Assembly: GCA_016748015.1 (NCBI GenBank)
Contig: JAAOMT010000226.1
Span: forward strand, 1,234,370-1,298,369
DNA length: 64,000 nucleotides
Reading direction: 5' to 3'
DNA from: Geosiphon pyriformis uo1
Taxonomy: Eukaryota > Fungi > Glomeromycota
Position 1 is the stretch's first letter. The number at the start of each line of letters is the position of its first letter. The position numbers and the translations under genes were made by a program. Shown in pieces: positions 38,014 to 50,900 of this stretch. Under the pieces are notes generated by a model, which worked only from the letters and a program-made list of their open reading frames with translations, did not search any database and was not told where the DNA came from.

Positions 38014-41000
38014 TATTATCAGAGGTTTTTGGTCTCTTTTTTTGAATGTTGTTAATGTTTGTCTGTTGCTATTTTCACGTTTTCTGGAAGCAGTTAAATC
38101 TCCAATAACTGAATTTATCTTCAAATTATCTCCTATAATTTGAACTGCTGGACTTATGAGTAAAATGACCAATTCCATGCCAGTTACTTTGTGTAGTTAC
38201 ATTGTAATAAATGTCAACTTTTTCCCAGAAATTGTTCATCTAAAAGCTTACTAAAAATGTGTAGTTACTTTGCTGTGAAAGTCAACTCTTTTACAAAAAT
38301 CTTGTCTGTAGGTTACCTTAATGATTATGATAAAAAAAGAACAGAAAAATAAAAGAAATGTAAAAGAAATAGAATTTTATCAAGGGAAACGTTTTTTATC
38401 TAGACCTGGAATCACTAACAGATTACTGAAATTGGTAGCTAATCAATTTTAAAATGTTAGTTGTATTGAGAGAATTTCAAGTATAATAATTTTAAGAATT
38501 TGTTTTTCAAATATTTAATTTTTATTTAAGATGTGTAAAAAGTGATTTGTTCTAATTAAAATATCTAAAGTGAGATACTATGTTAAAATACTGTGAGAAA
38601 ATACATTTTCTTGAAGAAAGAAGCTCTTCTTTTATATAACTTGTTGTAGTACTAGTCTTTGAACTTGCACTTTTCTCTTTGCTACAATTTTGGTAAACTA
38701 AAAATACATTTTGGCAAACTACAAGTTATTTTACTGAACTATTGATTATTTCGGCCAATTTTTATTAATTTCGGCGAATTTTGACTATATTAAATGGTTC
38801 AAGATATTGTGTAATTTGGTCATCTTAATTTTTATGATACAAATCGGATTATTGATTGAGTAATAATATTTGATAATTTGATTAAATAATAAGTGGTAAT
38901 TGAAATAATAATATATGCTAATTAATAATAGAAATTATAAGAGTAATTTCATGCTAATTAATAGCTAAAATTCTACTGGTAACATAATCTCCTTCTCAAG
39001 ACTGAGCTCCATTGAAATTCAAGTACTATCTGTAATATTAAGATAGTAATCCAAAATAATTGAAGTAATTTGGTCTGAAAATTGTTGAAATTTCAGTTCT
39101 GTGAGCTTTCCAATATATTGAATCTTTATTAGATAAAGTATTGGATTTTGTAAGACGTTTTCACAAGTGTTGAATAACTTATAGAGTTTAAATGCTGCTT
39201 TAAGTTTGTAGTAAGTGTTTGTTGATCTAGCTGCTGTCTTGAATTTATTGTGAATTTGTTTTTGTATAGTCTTAGGAGTAATGTTGGTTGTTTCAAGTTC
39301 CAGTTTCTGTTTATAAAGTGTTTTTCCAATATAAAAATATCTATATATAAAGGTATATTTATTGTTCTGTTTATTGAGAAATAGTGGAAGTTTTTGTTGA
39401 ATGGTGGCATTTGGTAGAATGTTAATAGAAGCAATTAAAAGGTTTTCTTTTAATGCTTGCTTCAAAAGTTTTGGTAATTGGATTCCAGAGTGACCTTTTG
39501 TTTTTCTTCTATAGAAGTAATAATTCTGAAAATTATTTATTATTAGTGTTGTGGTTTCTTTCTGAGTATAATTAATTTGATTTTTATTAATCATTATGGA
39601 TAAGTCAGGAAGTGTTTTCAAAGCTAACATTAATTTTTGGGATATTTGTTGAATATTTTGGGGAATAATCATGATAAAAATTGACTAATTAATAAAGAAA
39701 ATTTGAAAAAAAATAAAGAAAATTATTTTTGAATATAGAATTTTTATTTGTTTTTGGGTTTGAGTGTTTCTTGTAATTATTTTACTATTTTTGTTTTTGT
39801 TTTCATTTGTTTTTTTTTTTTTTAAAAAGAATTATTATAAAAAAATATTTTTAAATTAAGTGTTCAAGTTTTGTTGTTGTTCTATTATAATTATTGGTTT
39901 TAAATTTTAGAAAATATCTTTAAGACTAATTAAAGAAAAATGTGTACCAATTTGTAGAATTAATGGTTCAAGATTGTTTCTGGAATAATAGTGTTTTAAT
40001 CTATCTCCATGTACAACTTTTGCTAGTACTTTGTCATCAAGTCTTAACTTGTATGATTTATTGTCTAGAATTTTATGGATATAAAATAGTCCATCCCATT
40101 TATGTTCAAATTTTTTACTCCATTGTTTTTCAGCTTTAGTTCTGTATAAGAAAACTTTATTTTCTACTTTAAATTTGTTGGTAACTGATGGCAATTTGTT
40201 GTTATGTCTTTCTTTTTGTTGGGCTTGAGAGTATTTAATATGAGTGGCTGCTATATGTCTTTTTTCTTTCTATGTACTAAAAAGAGTGTAGGCTTTTCTT
40301 TAGAGTGTTTCTTGAAAGTTTTTTTCATTGGTTGGTTGCACTGAGTATGTTTTCACTGTGAAATTAATTGGTAATGTTGCTATTCTTCCATAAGTAAGAT
40401 CAAATAGTGTGTGTTTCATAGTATCTTGTTTTAGTGTTCTGTATATTAGTAACACTGATGGAATAAAGATATTCTATTTCTGTTCAAAATTTGTTAAGAC
40501 TTTGGCTAAAAATTCACACAATGTTCTGTTGAAACATTTTACAAGTCTATTTGTTTAAAGATAATAAAGTGATAATAAAGGTCTTTTAACATTGAATTAT
40601 TCACAAATTTCTTGTATCAAGTTGTTTACAAAATGTGTTCCTTGATTAGATAAGAGTTCAATTAGGCATCTATATCTACAAATAATGTCTTCATAGATGA
40701 AATTTGCTACTAATTTTGCATCCACTTTTTGGATGGCTCTAGCTTCAGGCCATTTGGTAAAATAATTTACTGCAATTGCAATATAACAATTTCCTTGGGT
40801 TGTAATAAGTAATGGTTCGACTAAATCAATTCCAACTCTGTCAAAAGGTTGTCCAACTTTGATTGGATTTAAAGATTCTGTGGGACAAGTTTCTTTTCTT
40901 CTTTGACAACTATCACAAAATTTTATATATTGTCAAATGTTTTTTTGCATATGGGACCAAAAATAATGTTCAAAAATTCTTTGAATTGTTCTATCTTTTT

Positions 41001-44000
41001 CCAAGTGTGCTGAAGATAAATCTGTGTATATGTTATATAGGATTGTTTCTTTTTTATTTTCCTGTACTAATCTGAATAATTGGTTTGGTTTTTGTGATTT
41101 TTGTAATAGATTTTGTTATAGTGTATGAAATATTGTTTGAATTGGTGTTGTAATCAATGTTTTTCACTTAAAAACCAATTTTTTGGTATGATAAGAGTCT
41201 TCAAATAGTTTTTAAGATTGTTGTAATTTCTGGGATCTATTGTTGTTTTGTTGTTTTGTTGATAGTAGTAAGTTGTAATAGATTTGTTGGTGGTGTTAAT
41301 CTTGTTTTATTCTTAAGAGGCTATCAATATTGGTGTGTAGTTTTCTTGGTTTGTGGTGTACAATATATTTGTAGTCTACTAGAAAAGCATTCCATTAAAA
41401 CTGTTTGGCACTTTGTTCAGTTTTCTTTTTATTGAGCCATTTGAGACCAATATTGTCAGTTATAATGTTAAATTTTTTTCCATTTTTCAGATATTGCTGA
41501 AAGTGTTTAAGAGCCCAAATGACTACAGCAGCTTCTAATTCAGTTAAGCCATATTTGAGTTCTGTAGACTTGAGTGTTCTATTGGCATAAGCAATGACTT
41601 GCTTCTGGCCATTTTCATCTAATTGTAATAGGATGACACCAAATGCTATGTGTAAAACATCAGTGGCTAGTTGAAACTGTTTGTTAAAGTCTGAGTAAGC
41701 AAAAACTGAAGCTGTTGTCAATTTTGTTTTGAGAGTTTCAAAGACTTTCTGCTGTTCTTCAGTTCATTAATATGGCACATTTTTGTTGGTAAGATAATTG
41801 AGTGATTTGGCAATTTCTGAGAATTCTTTGATGAATTTTCAATAGCAAGAAACTAATCTTACAAATCCTTGTAGTTCTGTAGTATTTTTGGGAGTTTGAA
41901 AGTTTTTGACAGCACTAATTGTTCTAGGGTTTGGTTTGGCTCCATTTTTGTTGACAATGTGTTCAAGAAAAATTAAACTTGTTTTTCCAAAGTGACATTT
42001 CTTAATGTTTAATTTCAATCCTGCTTTCTATAATTATTGAAAAACTTCTCACAGGTAGATAAGATGAGCTTCAAAATTTGGTGAGTACACATCAGTATTA
42101 TCAAGATAGACAATTACTGACTGCCATAAAAATCCTTCATATACAACATCTATGAGTCGCTAGAATGTTGCTGGTGCATTGCAGAGTCCAAAAAGCATAA
42201 TATTGAACTCATAGTTTCCTTCTTGGATGGTAAATGCTGTTTTGGGTCAATCTTTTGGGTCTATTTCGATTTGTCAGTATTTACTTTCTAAGTCTAAAGT
42301 TGAAAAGAACTTGGCTTTTCCTAGAGCATCTAGTATGTCATCAATTTTTGGAAGTGGATAGGCATCTTCAATTGTCACACTGTTGAGCTAACAATAATTT
42401 ACACAGAATCTGATTTTTTCGTTTTTCTTTTTAACAAAAACTATTAATGAGGCCCAAGAACTTCTTAATGGTTGAATCAATCTTTTATTAAGCATTTTTT
42501 GGACCTCTTCTCTAATAAATTGGTGACTAGCATGTAGAACTTGATAGACTTGTTGTTGTTTTGGTGGAGCATCTCTTGTATGGATCTAATGTTAAACAAT
42601 GTCAGTTTTTCTTAGATCATTGTTGTTTTTTGCAAATATATTTGCAAATTTAGCTATTAGCTGTTTTATTGTCTTTGTTGTTGGGATTCTAAGGGACCCA
42701 TGTTAATTTAAGAGAGTTTTTCTTCCAAAAGGTAGTAGTTTTCAGTAGTAAAGATAATATTTAGATTTGGAAATAGAGTATGTCTTACAATTTCGATAAA
42801 ATTAGAGATGATTTGAGGGTTTTCATCTTGAAAGATGTTACTGTATATGATTTTAATTTCTGATTTGTTCAATAAAACAATAGAATAATTATTGGGGTTG
42901 TAGAATGTAACTTGAAATTTTTTCATTCCTTTAGGAATATAAACGTTTGGAATTGAGATTTTATGCTTTAAACAGATTTATTTATTGGATTCAAAGATTT
43001 GTTGAGTAGTAGTGAGTTATGAGCAAGTGTAAATTTCGTGATGTTTTCCAAAAGGTAAAATAGTAATTGGTTGGGAAAGTTGAAAAATCTGGTGAGATTT
43101 ATTCTGTGTATTAAAAGCTATGTTTACTGGAACTGTAAATCATTCAGTTGAACCAAAATCTTGCATTCCTCTTTCACTTTTTCCTAATTGTTCTCTGTTG
43201 TTAACTGATTATAAACTTGAAATGTTAATTAAGAGTAGGTAAATTGTTTGGGCAATTTTTTCAGCATGTTCAATCCTAAATGGTTTGTCTGTTTTATTCT
43301 GTAACATGATATTAATGTCTCCAGTATATTCTGCATCTATGACTCCTTCTCTAACATTGATTTCTTTGTTTGCCAATAATAATCAGGAAGCAATTTGGAC
43401 TATTACTCTTAGTGATATTTCAAGAGCAATTTTGAGATTAATTTTGGTTAAAGATTTTGGTTAGAGAACCAAAATGTCTTTATCAGAATATCTTAAATCA
43501 TATTTTGCATCAATTTCGTGGGCTTTTTCTGGTTTTATTCCTTTTCTATTGTTGTCAAAGTATTTGAGTTGTATAACAGATTGGTTTTTAGTAAGATAAA
43601 TTGGAGTTGTTGCAATTTTTTCTTCTGGCTTAAGTTTTCCAAACTCAATTTTCTCCTGGTCATTTTTGTTGGGTAAGGAGATGCTAAGTGCATAGTATTC
43701 TGGACACCATTTGTTATCACAAAACATGATGTATTTTTCACACAATTGAATGTTCATTTGCTCTAATTGTTGAATTTGAGCTTCTTAAGTCAGATAAATG
43801 TGACTTGCAATTTGATGGTATGTTTCCACTTCATCTTCATAGTTGAATTTAGCTAATTCTATTGTATATTCAATGTATTCTGCTTCTTTCATTTGGCAGA
43901 CATTTTTTTGTATGGCTCCATTAATTAAAGCTATTACTAAATCAAAGATTATTTCAGCATCATAAGAGTAGTGGTAAAGTTTGTTGAGAGCACTGTTGTA

Positions 44001-47000
44001 TGTTGTATCAAAAAGTGTTTCTTTTTTGACTTTTTTTGAGATTGATAGAGCATATTGGCAGGTTTGATCACATACTTTTTCTTTCATTGCAACATCAATC
44101 CAGTTGTATTTTTCTGGTAGCATATCTTCATATATGAAACAAGAAATGTTGTTTTATTTTTCACTTCTTTTGGGATATCTAAATCGTTTCCTATGACATG
44201 CTTTGCAAAAGTAGCAGGTGCAAGTTTCATATTCCTCTTTTGGAGAAATACATGTTTCCATTAATGAAAGTTTTTTGTTGTAATCTTTGTATTTAAGTAG
44301 AATATAGAATGGTTGTTTCTGTGGTTCTGGTGTAGAATATCTAACTACATTCTATCTTCTGGTTTTCTCAAAGATTTTTTGTTCTGTTTCCTTGGCCCAA
44401 CTGGATGTTAATCCAAAAATCATAAAAATTTTAATAATTGGTAGTTCTTTCTCCTCTTCAAATTCGAATACTAGAGCTTTTTCAGATTTTTTATTAAAAG
44501 TACCACAGATGACAAATACTCTAGTGTATTGTCCTTGGTATGAAATTTTCAATTTTTGGGTTTTCCAATCTAAATTTGTATTGGCCTTGAAAAGCCAATT
44601 ATTTTTGATAAGAGCTTGGTATTATGGTACATCTATGACTAAAACTTTGACTGGAATGATAATTCCATCAATTGTAAATAGGAAGTTGTCAATTTCTCCG
44701 ACTGATGTCTTTTTTATCCCATCTGCTATAACAATAACAATTTGGGCTGGTCTGTCAACAGTTCTTTGAAGCTGTTGTATTAATTGATAAATAATAATAC
44801 TTCTAGCTAATCTACTGTCTAAGATTAATTGAATTTGTTTTTCTTCAATTTTAGCTTCAGTATACATTGCTGTAATTGCTTTTTGTTCATTGACTACTGT
44901 ATTGCTAAACAAGAATGGTGATTTATTGGCTTCAAATTCAAAAAAAAATATATCTGAGAGGTTGGTATTTTGAGCAATTTGAGCTGGTAGAATAGTATTA
45001 TTGGAAGGGTTTGATCTTGGTACTGCAACTTCATTTTCAAAAAGTGCAGTTTGTTGAAAATCCGATTTTTTAGGCATTGTAAAATAACTAGGTTGAGTGT
45101 AATGGTAATTGGGTCTTTGCTGACCAGAATTTCGGGGAACCAATTAGTTGTTTGAATTGATTCTGTTGTTATTGTTCTGAAATTGATTTTGAGGTGTAAA
45201 TTGGTTATGTTAAACCACTTTTTGGGCTGGTACTTAATATTGTTGTATAGGTGGTTGTTGATACTGTTGAATTGGTAGAAGTTGTTAGTATTGTTGCTGT
45301 GAAGCAGATTGATAGTAATTGGTTTGCTGTTGGAGTCTTAAGAAATAGTAGGCTGGTGGTGGAGACTGATAATGAGATTGCTGTATTGAAGAGTAATGTT
45401 GATTACTCCTGTTTTGTTGGTCTCTTTGTAGCTTTCTGCAATCTCGTTTTCAATGTCCTGGAATTCCACAATAGTGGCAACTTTGGCTTTGGCTGTTTGA
45501 TGATAAGTAGTTGTTTTGGTTTTGTTACTGTGGTGGCTAATATTTTTGTGATTGTTGCTGTTGTTGTTGATTGGTAAAATAGTTTTCAACCTTTTTTATA
45601 AGTTGGTCAATTTTTTCTTCAGCTGCTGAGCTGGTTTTTTCAATAGCAAGATTTACAAGTTTGGTATAATTTGCTTCTTTCATTGTTATTTCATAGTTCT
45701 TTGCATGTCTAATAGCTGTTGCTAAATTTTTTGGGACATGTGGGTGAACTTTTTTGATTAACTTGTCTTTTAATCTTGCTATAAACTGATTCAAAATCTG
45801 GACATTGAAATAGTATTTATTGGTTTCCAATTGTCAAATTCATCGAAGAAGTTTGTTGAATCTCTTAAAATAGGTTATAATAGTTTTAGATGTTTCTTGT
45901 TTGATATTGTGAAAGCAATTGCAAAGAATAATAGAGGTGTTGTTGTCAGTAAATTGTTATAAAAAAGCATTTTTAAATACTTGCCAGTTTTCAAATGGTT
46001 CTTCTAAGTTTTCAAATCATTCTTCTGCAATTTCTTAGAGAAAGTATGAGATTGCTTTGAGCATTTTTGCTGCATTCCAATCATTTGTGTCTTCTGTTTT
46101 TTGAACTTTGTCAAGCCATTCTTGAGGGCTGGTATCATTATTTTTACTAGTAAATTCTGGAATTTTTGCAATATAAGCAGTTGTTATTTCCTTTTTATTT
46201 TCTGTAGTTTTTTCTAATTCTGATTTAGTTTTTTCACTTTCCAGGTTCTTCAAATGATTACTTTCGTTTTTCTGTAAGTAATCAAGAAGATTGGTGCTAG
46301 TTGATATTGGTTTTTGCTGTTGAGTAGGATTTCTAGGTGACTGAAAATCTTCTGGTCTGAAGAAATAGTTAAGTAGTGAATTTGGTGTTTATGGTCAAGC
46401 AAATGAAATTGGAAATGGTGTAATAGAAAGTGGTAATTTGACACTGGTTTCTTGTTCAGGTGTTTGTAAGTGTTTGGCAGTTGTTTTGGGGTTTTTGGAG
46501 TATTTGGGGTGGTATTTGAGTGTTGTTTTAATTTTTGTTTGTTTTTGTTGCTTGTTTCTGTCTTTGATTCAAAGTCAATAGAGTATTTAGACTGTACTGA
46601 ATATGTTTTTTTACAATACTTGATAATATTAAAATTAAGTTCTTGGAAGTAGATGACAAGTGTTTCACTGTTAAGATCTTCAGTTCCCAACTGTAAATAG
46701 TGCACTAAATTATTGTAGAGGTTGCTTCTAACTTCTAAAATGTTGTAATTTCCAAGAAAATAATTGTTAATACAGTTTTCAATATACTGGTAAAATGTCT
46801 TCTTAACAATTTCAATTCCATCTGGAATGTTGAATCTCTGCTTGCAATGGGTGTAAATTAACTGATAATACTTTAGAGTTGTTGTGTTTGGTGTGGTTGC
46901 CACTTTGAAGTTGTTATTGCTGTGTTATTTTTATAGGAGAGCACCAAATGTTACCAGAGGTTTTTGGTCTCTTTTTTTGAATGTTGTTAATGTTTGTCTA

Positions 47001-47919
47001 TTGCTACTTTCATGTTTTTTGGAAGCAGTTGAACTTCCAATAACTGAATTTATCTTCAAATTATCTCTTATAATTTGAACTGCTGGGCTTATAAGTAGAA
47101 TAGCCAATTTCATGCCAGTTACTTTGTGTAGTTATGTTGTAGTAAATGTCAACTCTTTCCCAGGAATTGCTTGTCTGGAAGCTCACTAAAAATGTGTAGT
47201 TACTTTGCTGTGAAAGTCAACTCTTCTACAAAAATCTTGTCTGTAGACTACCCTAATAATTATGATAAGAAAAAAATGGAAAAATAAAAGAAATGTAAAA
47301 GAAATAGAATTTTATCAAGAGAAACGTTTTCTATTCAGGCCTGAAGTTACTAACAGATTACTGAAATTGGTAGCTAATCAATTTCAAAATGTTAGTTGTG
47401 TTTGAGGGAATTTCAAGTGTAATAATTTTAAGAATTTGTTTTTCGAATATTTAATTTTTATTTGAAATATGTAAAAGATAATTTGTTCTAATTAAGATAT
47501 CTAAAGTAAGATATTATGTTAAGATACTGTGAGAAGATACATTTTTTTGAAGAGAGAAGCTCTTCTTTTATACAATTTGTTGTAGTACTAGTCTTTAAAC
47601 TTGCACTTTTCTTTTTGCTACAATTTTGGTAAACTAAAGATACATTTTAGCAAACTATAAGTTATTTTACTAAACTATTGATTATTTCGGCAAATTTTCA
47701 TTAAATTCAGCAATTTTGACTATATTAAATGGTTTAAAGTATTGTGTAATTTGATTATTTTAATTTCTATGGTACAAATCGGACTATTGATTGAGTAATG
47801 ATATTTGATAATCTGATTAAATAATAAGTGGTAATCGAAATAATAATATATGCTAATTAATAATAGGAATTATGAGGGTAATTTCATGCTAATTAATAGT
47901 TAAAATTCTACTGGTAACA
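38014..47919 (-). mobile_element. full-length degenerate Ty3/Gypsy copy B, TSD CCAG, inserted in the 5' LTR of C
   Basis: Two 971-bp LTRs (38014-38984 and 46949-47919); CCAG at 38010-38013 and 47920-47923; PBS TGGTGCTCTCC below 46947; PPT AGAAGGAGA beside 38985. Gag, CCHC (CHYCGIPGH*KRDC), protease, Cys-rich domain, dUTPase (about 43150-43560), RT YLD(N) near 42100, RNase H, integrase with GPF/Y-like tail, ORF3. Confidence 0.96.
39019..39672 (-). CDS. ORF3 of Gypsy B, uncharacterised 217-aa protein
   Basis: Open ATG-to-stop frame between integrase and PPT; homologous remnants at the same position in C and E. Confidence 0.75.
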   Translation of the reverse strand: MIIPQNIQQISQKLMLALKTLPDLSIMINKNQINYTQKETTTLIINNFQNYYFYRRKTKGHSGIQLPKLLKQALKENLLIASINILPNATIQQKLPLFLNKQNNKYTFIYRYFYIGKTLYKQKLELETTNITPKTIQKQIHNKFKTAARSTNTYYKLKAAFKLYKLFNTCENVLQNPILYLIKIQYIGKLTELKFQQFSDQITSIILDYYLNITDST

Positions 47920-50900
47920 CCAGAAGGCTACTGAAACAACAATTGAATTTCTGTTCATTATACAAAAGACTCAACCAAAATCTTCAGATTACCAAAACTT
48001 TTAACTATTAACAATTAGATCAGCCATTAAGCACCAAGTTACGAATTTGTTATTTGATTTGAGACCCCAAATAAACACTTGTAATATTTGGTGCTTCCTG
48101 TGAGGTTTAATCTAACAGAGAACCAACACCAACAACATTCATCCAAAACAGTGGCAGAATCTGAAGAAACAGGAACAAATCATTTGGAATTTGCAAAATT
48201 CTTATTCCAACATTATCACACCTATTTCAAATTAATAAATAATAGTTGGCCAACAGAATCAGCTTTTAATTGCTATGTCAACAAAAGAATAATATATTAT
48301 TTGGGAGGCCAAGAAGATCCAGAATCTGCTTTCAACAATTTTTTCAGTAAACTACTCCAAAGCACCACATTGTCACAGAATTATTTATTTGCATCACTAA
48401 TTACAGAAATAAAAAAATACACCAAACAAAGATTTCCTATTATCTTTGCTAACAAAAGAAAAAAAAGATTGCAAACACCAGCAGGAACCCCAAAACAAAT
48501 ACAATTATTTACTTGGAAAAAACAGAGAGTTGATTCACCTGCTAATTCATTATATTATTATATGCCCAAAAGCACTATTAATATAACATTAATAGGTGCA
48601 TCCACCACAAATGCAACAACATCATTAAACAGAATCCTGTTTCAAAGTAAACAAAAGAAAACAGAATTACTAAAAATGTATGGTGATTATTTTGAGAGAT
48701 TTAAATCACAATCTCCAACATTATCAGGAACTCAATTACCACTACTACAACCAAATTTCAAAGCCATTAGTCCTTAAGAAATAACCAACTCCAAGGAAAA
48801 GGAAACTAACAATCAAGAAATTAATAAATGAAATCCAATTTTAGAAAATCTGGAAATTCAAATCCTGATCATTTCAACTCAGTAAAATCAGAACAATCCA
48901 AAGACTGCTCTTATTATTGCCCAAAACTTACCTTTAGTAATCATAATCAATCTACTACCAGCCCTACCAATTGCTGAACAACAACAGCAATAGCCACAAC
49001 CACCATCCCAGCAACAACTGCAATAGCAACCTTAATTTCAACTGCAACAACAACTACTATTAGTACCAATAGCATATACACTTATTGTCAAAATTGAAAA
49101 ATTTATTGGCAAGAAAGATAACACCCAAGTATGGCTCAATAATATAGAAAAAGCCATCGCAGCCAATAGATAAAATGATGACAGAGCTCTTCAAGTAATT
49201 CCCTATTTTCTCCAAGATATTGCTAATTTATAATATCAGAGCTTAGCCACCAGACCACAAACTTTCCAAGAATTCAAACTTGAATTCTTAAGATATTTTA
49301 GTAATAATAATAGCATTAACTGCTTGGCAAATACCTTTACTATTATCAAGCAAAAAGAAAGTGAAGCAGTTACTATCTACCTAGGATGCTTCTACAGAAA
49401 TTTGCACCAAATTCAAGTCATTAACACTGACTATTTTACAATGACCCAGATCTTGAATCAGTTTATCCATGGACTATGAAGTAACATTTTCCAACACATA
49501 CATCCATTATATTTAGCCACCCTTCAAGCCACAGTCATACATACCAAAGACTTTGAATTAGCTGAACTAGAAGCCAATCTTACACAAGCCATAAATTTAG
49601 TAATAAACAGATTATCTGACTTGAATTTTAAATTGAAACAGTTCAGTAATTTGATCAATTAGAAATTAGAAAAATACTTAGCTAACAACAATTAGGCAAT
49701 CTATCAACTTTTACAATAATGCAATAATTAGAGAAACTCAAATCATTTCCAAAATCAATTGCATCTATTATCATTGAGCAATCAACAGTGACAACAGAAA
49801 ACACATATTTGCCACTATTATGGTAAATAAAAACATTTAAGAATCAATTGCTAATTAAGAATAGACAACCAATGATCAGGAAATTAGTATTGAAATTCTA
49901 ATTACAGATTTTAAACTTCAAACTACACCAACAATTTATCAACCAAACAATATCAATATTAGTCTCATTACTCTCAAATGACACAGCCAATTTATCAAAC
50001 ACTAATTTATCAACCAGCAACATCTATAATTTATCAACCACTGCAACCACAAATAATTTATTAGGCACCTATAATTCCAACACTACTATCAAACACAGCT
50101 CAGATGACATTAGGAAATCCCAGATCAAAAGTCATCCAAAACTGGAAATTGGTGATAGTTGTTCACTAACTAATTTCCAGTTCATTAAATCAGCCATCAA
50201 GATTGTGCCAGCAGAGTTTAAGAACCAAGTACACCCAAAACCTGAATTCCCAACACTATTTAAGTCTCTTGGTCATTTCAGAAAATGTCTCACCCAACAA
50301 CTAAGAAACCAGCCAAAAACAGCCACTTACTAGCAACATTCTACTAGCAATCAGTACTAAGAACAAAACACTTGCTGTCATATTCTCTTTTAAACTCAAA
50401 GAAACTGCTTCAGTTCTATTACTTAGTGAAATTGTTCTTGACACCAAACCCATTACCACAATGTACACTAATGTCAGAGTTGATAGTCAATCTATCAAGC
50501 TCATTCTTGATAGCAGTTTAGCAAACAGCATCATTACAAGACAACTCATGAACCAATTAGGTCACCAAGTTGATCATACTGCCAGCACCAGAATCATTAC
50601 AGCCAATAGAGTAACCAAAACTTCTATAGGCAAAATCAATAACTTTCTATTTGAATTCAATGGTATCATTATCTCTATTAAAATTTTAGTAATGGAAGCC
50701 ACCTAATACCAAACACTTGTCAGAAATAACTAGTTGTCCAAAACCAATACAGTGCTTGATTGGATCACACAAAAGCTCCAACTCAGTCAGAATGGACAAC
50801 AAACATATGTACCAGTCATGTGTAGTCACTTCAAGACCACTCACACCCTAGTATCACTAATCAAGCTTGAAGAAAAAAAGGAAAAACTTATCTGAGAAGC

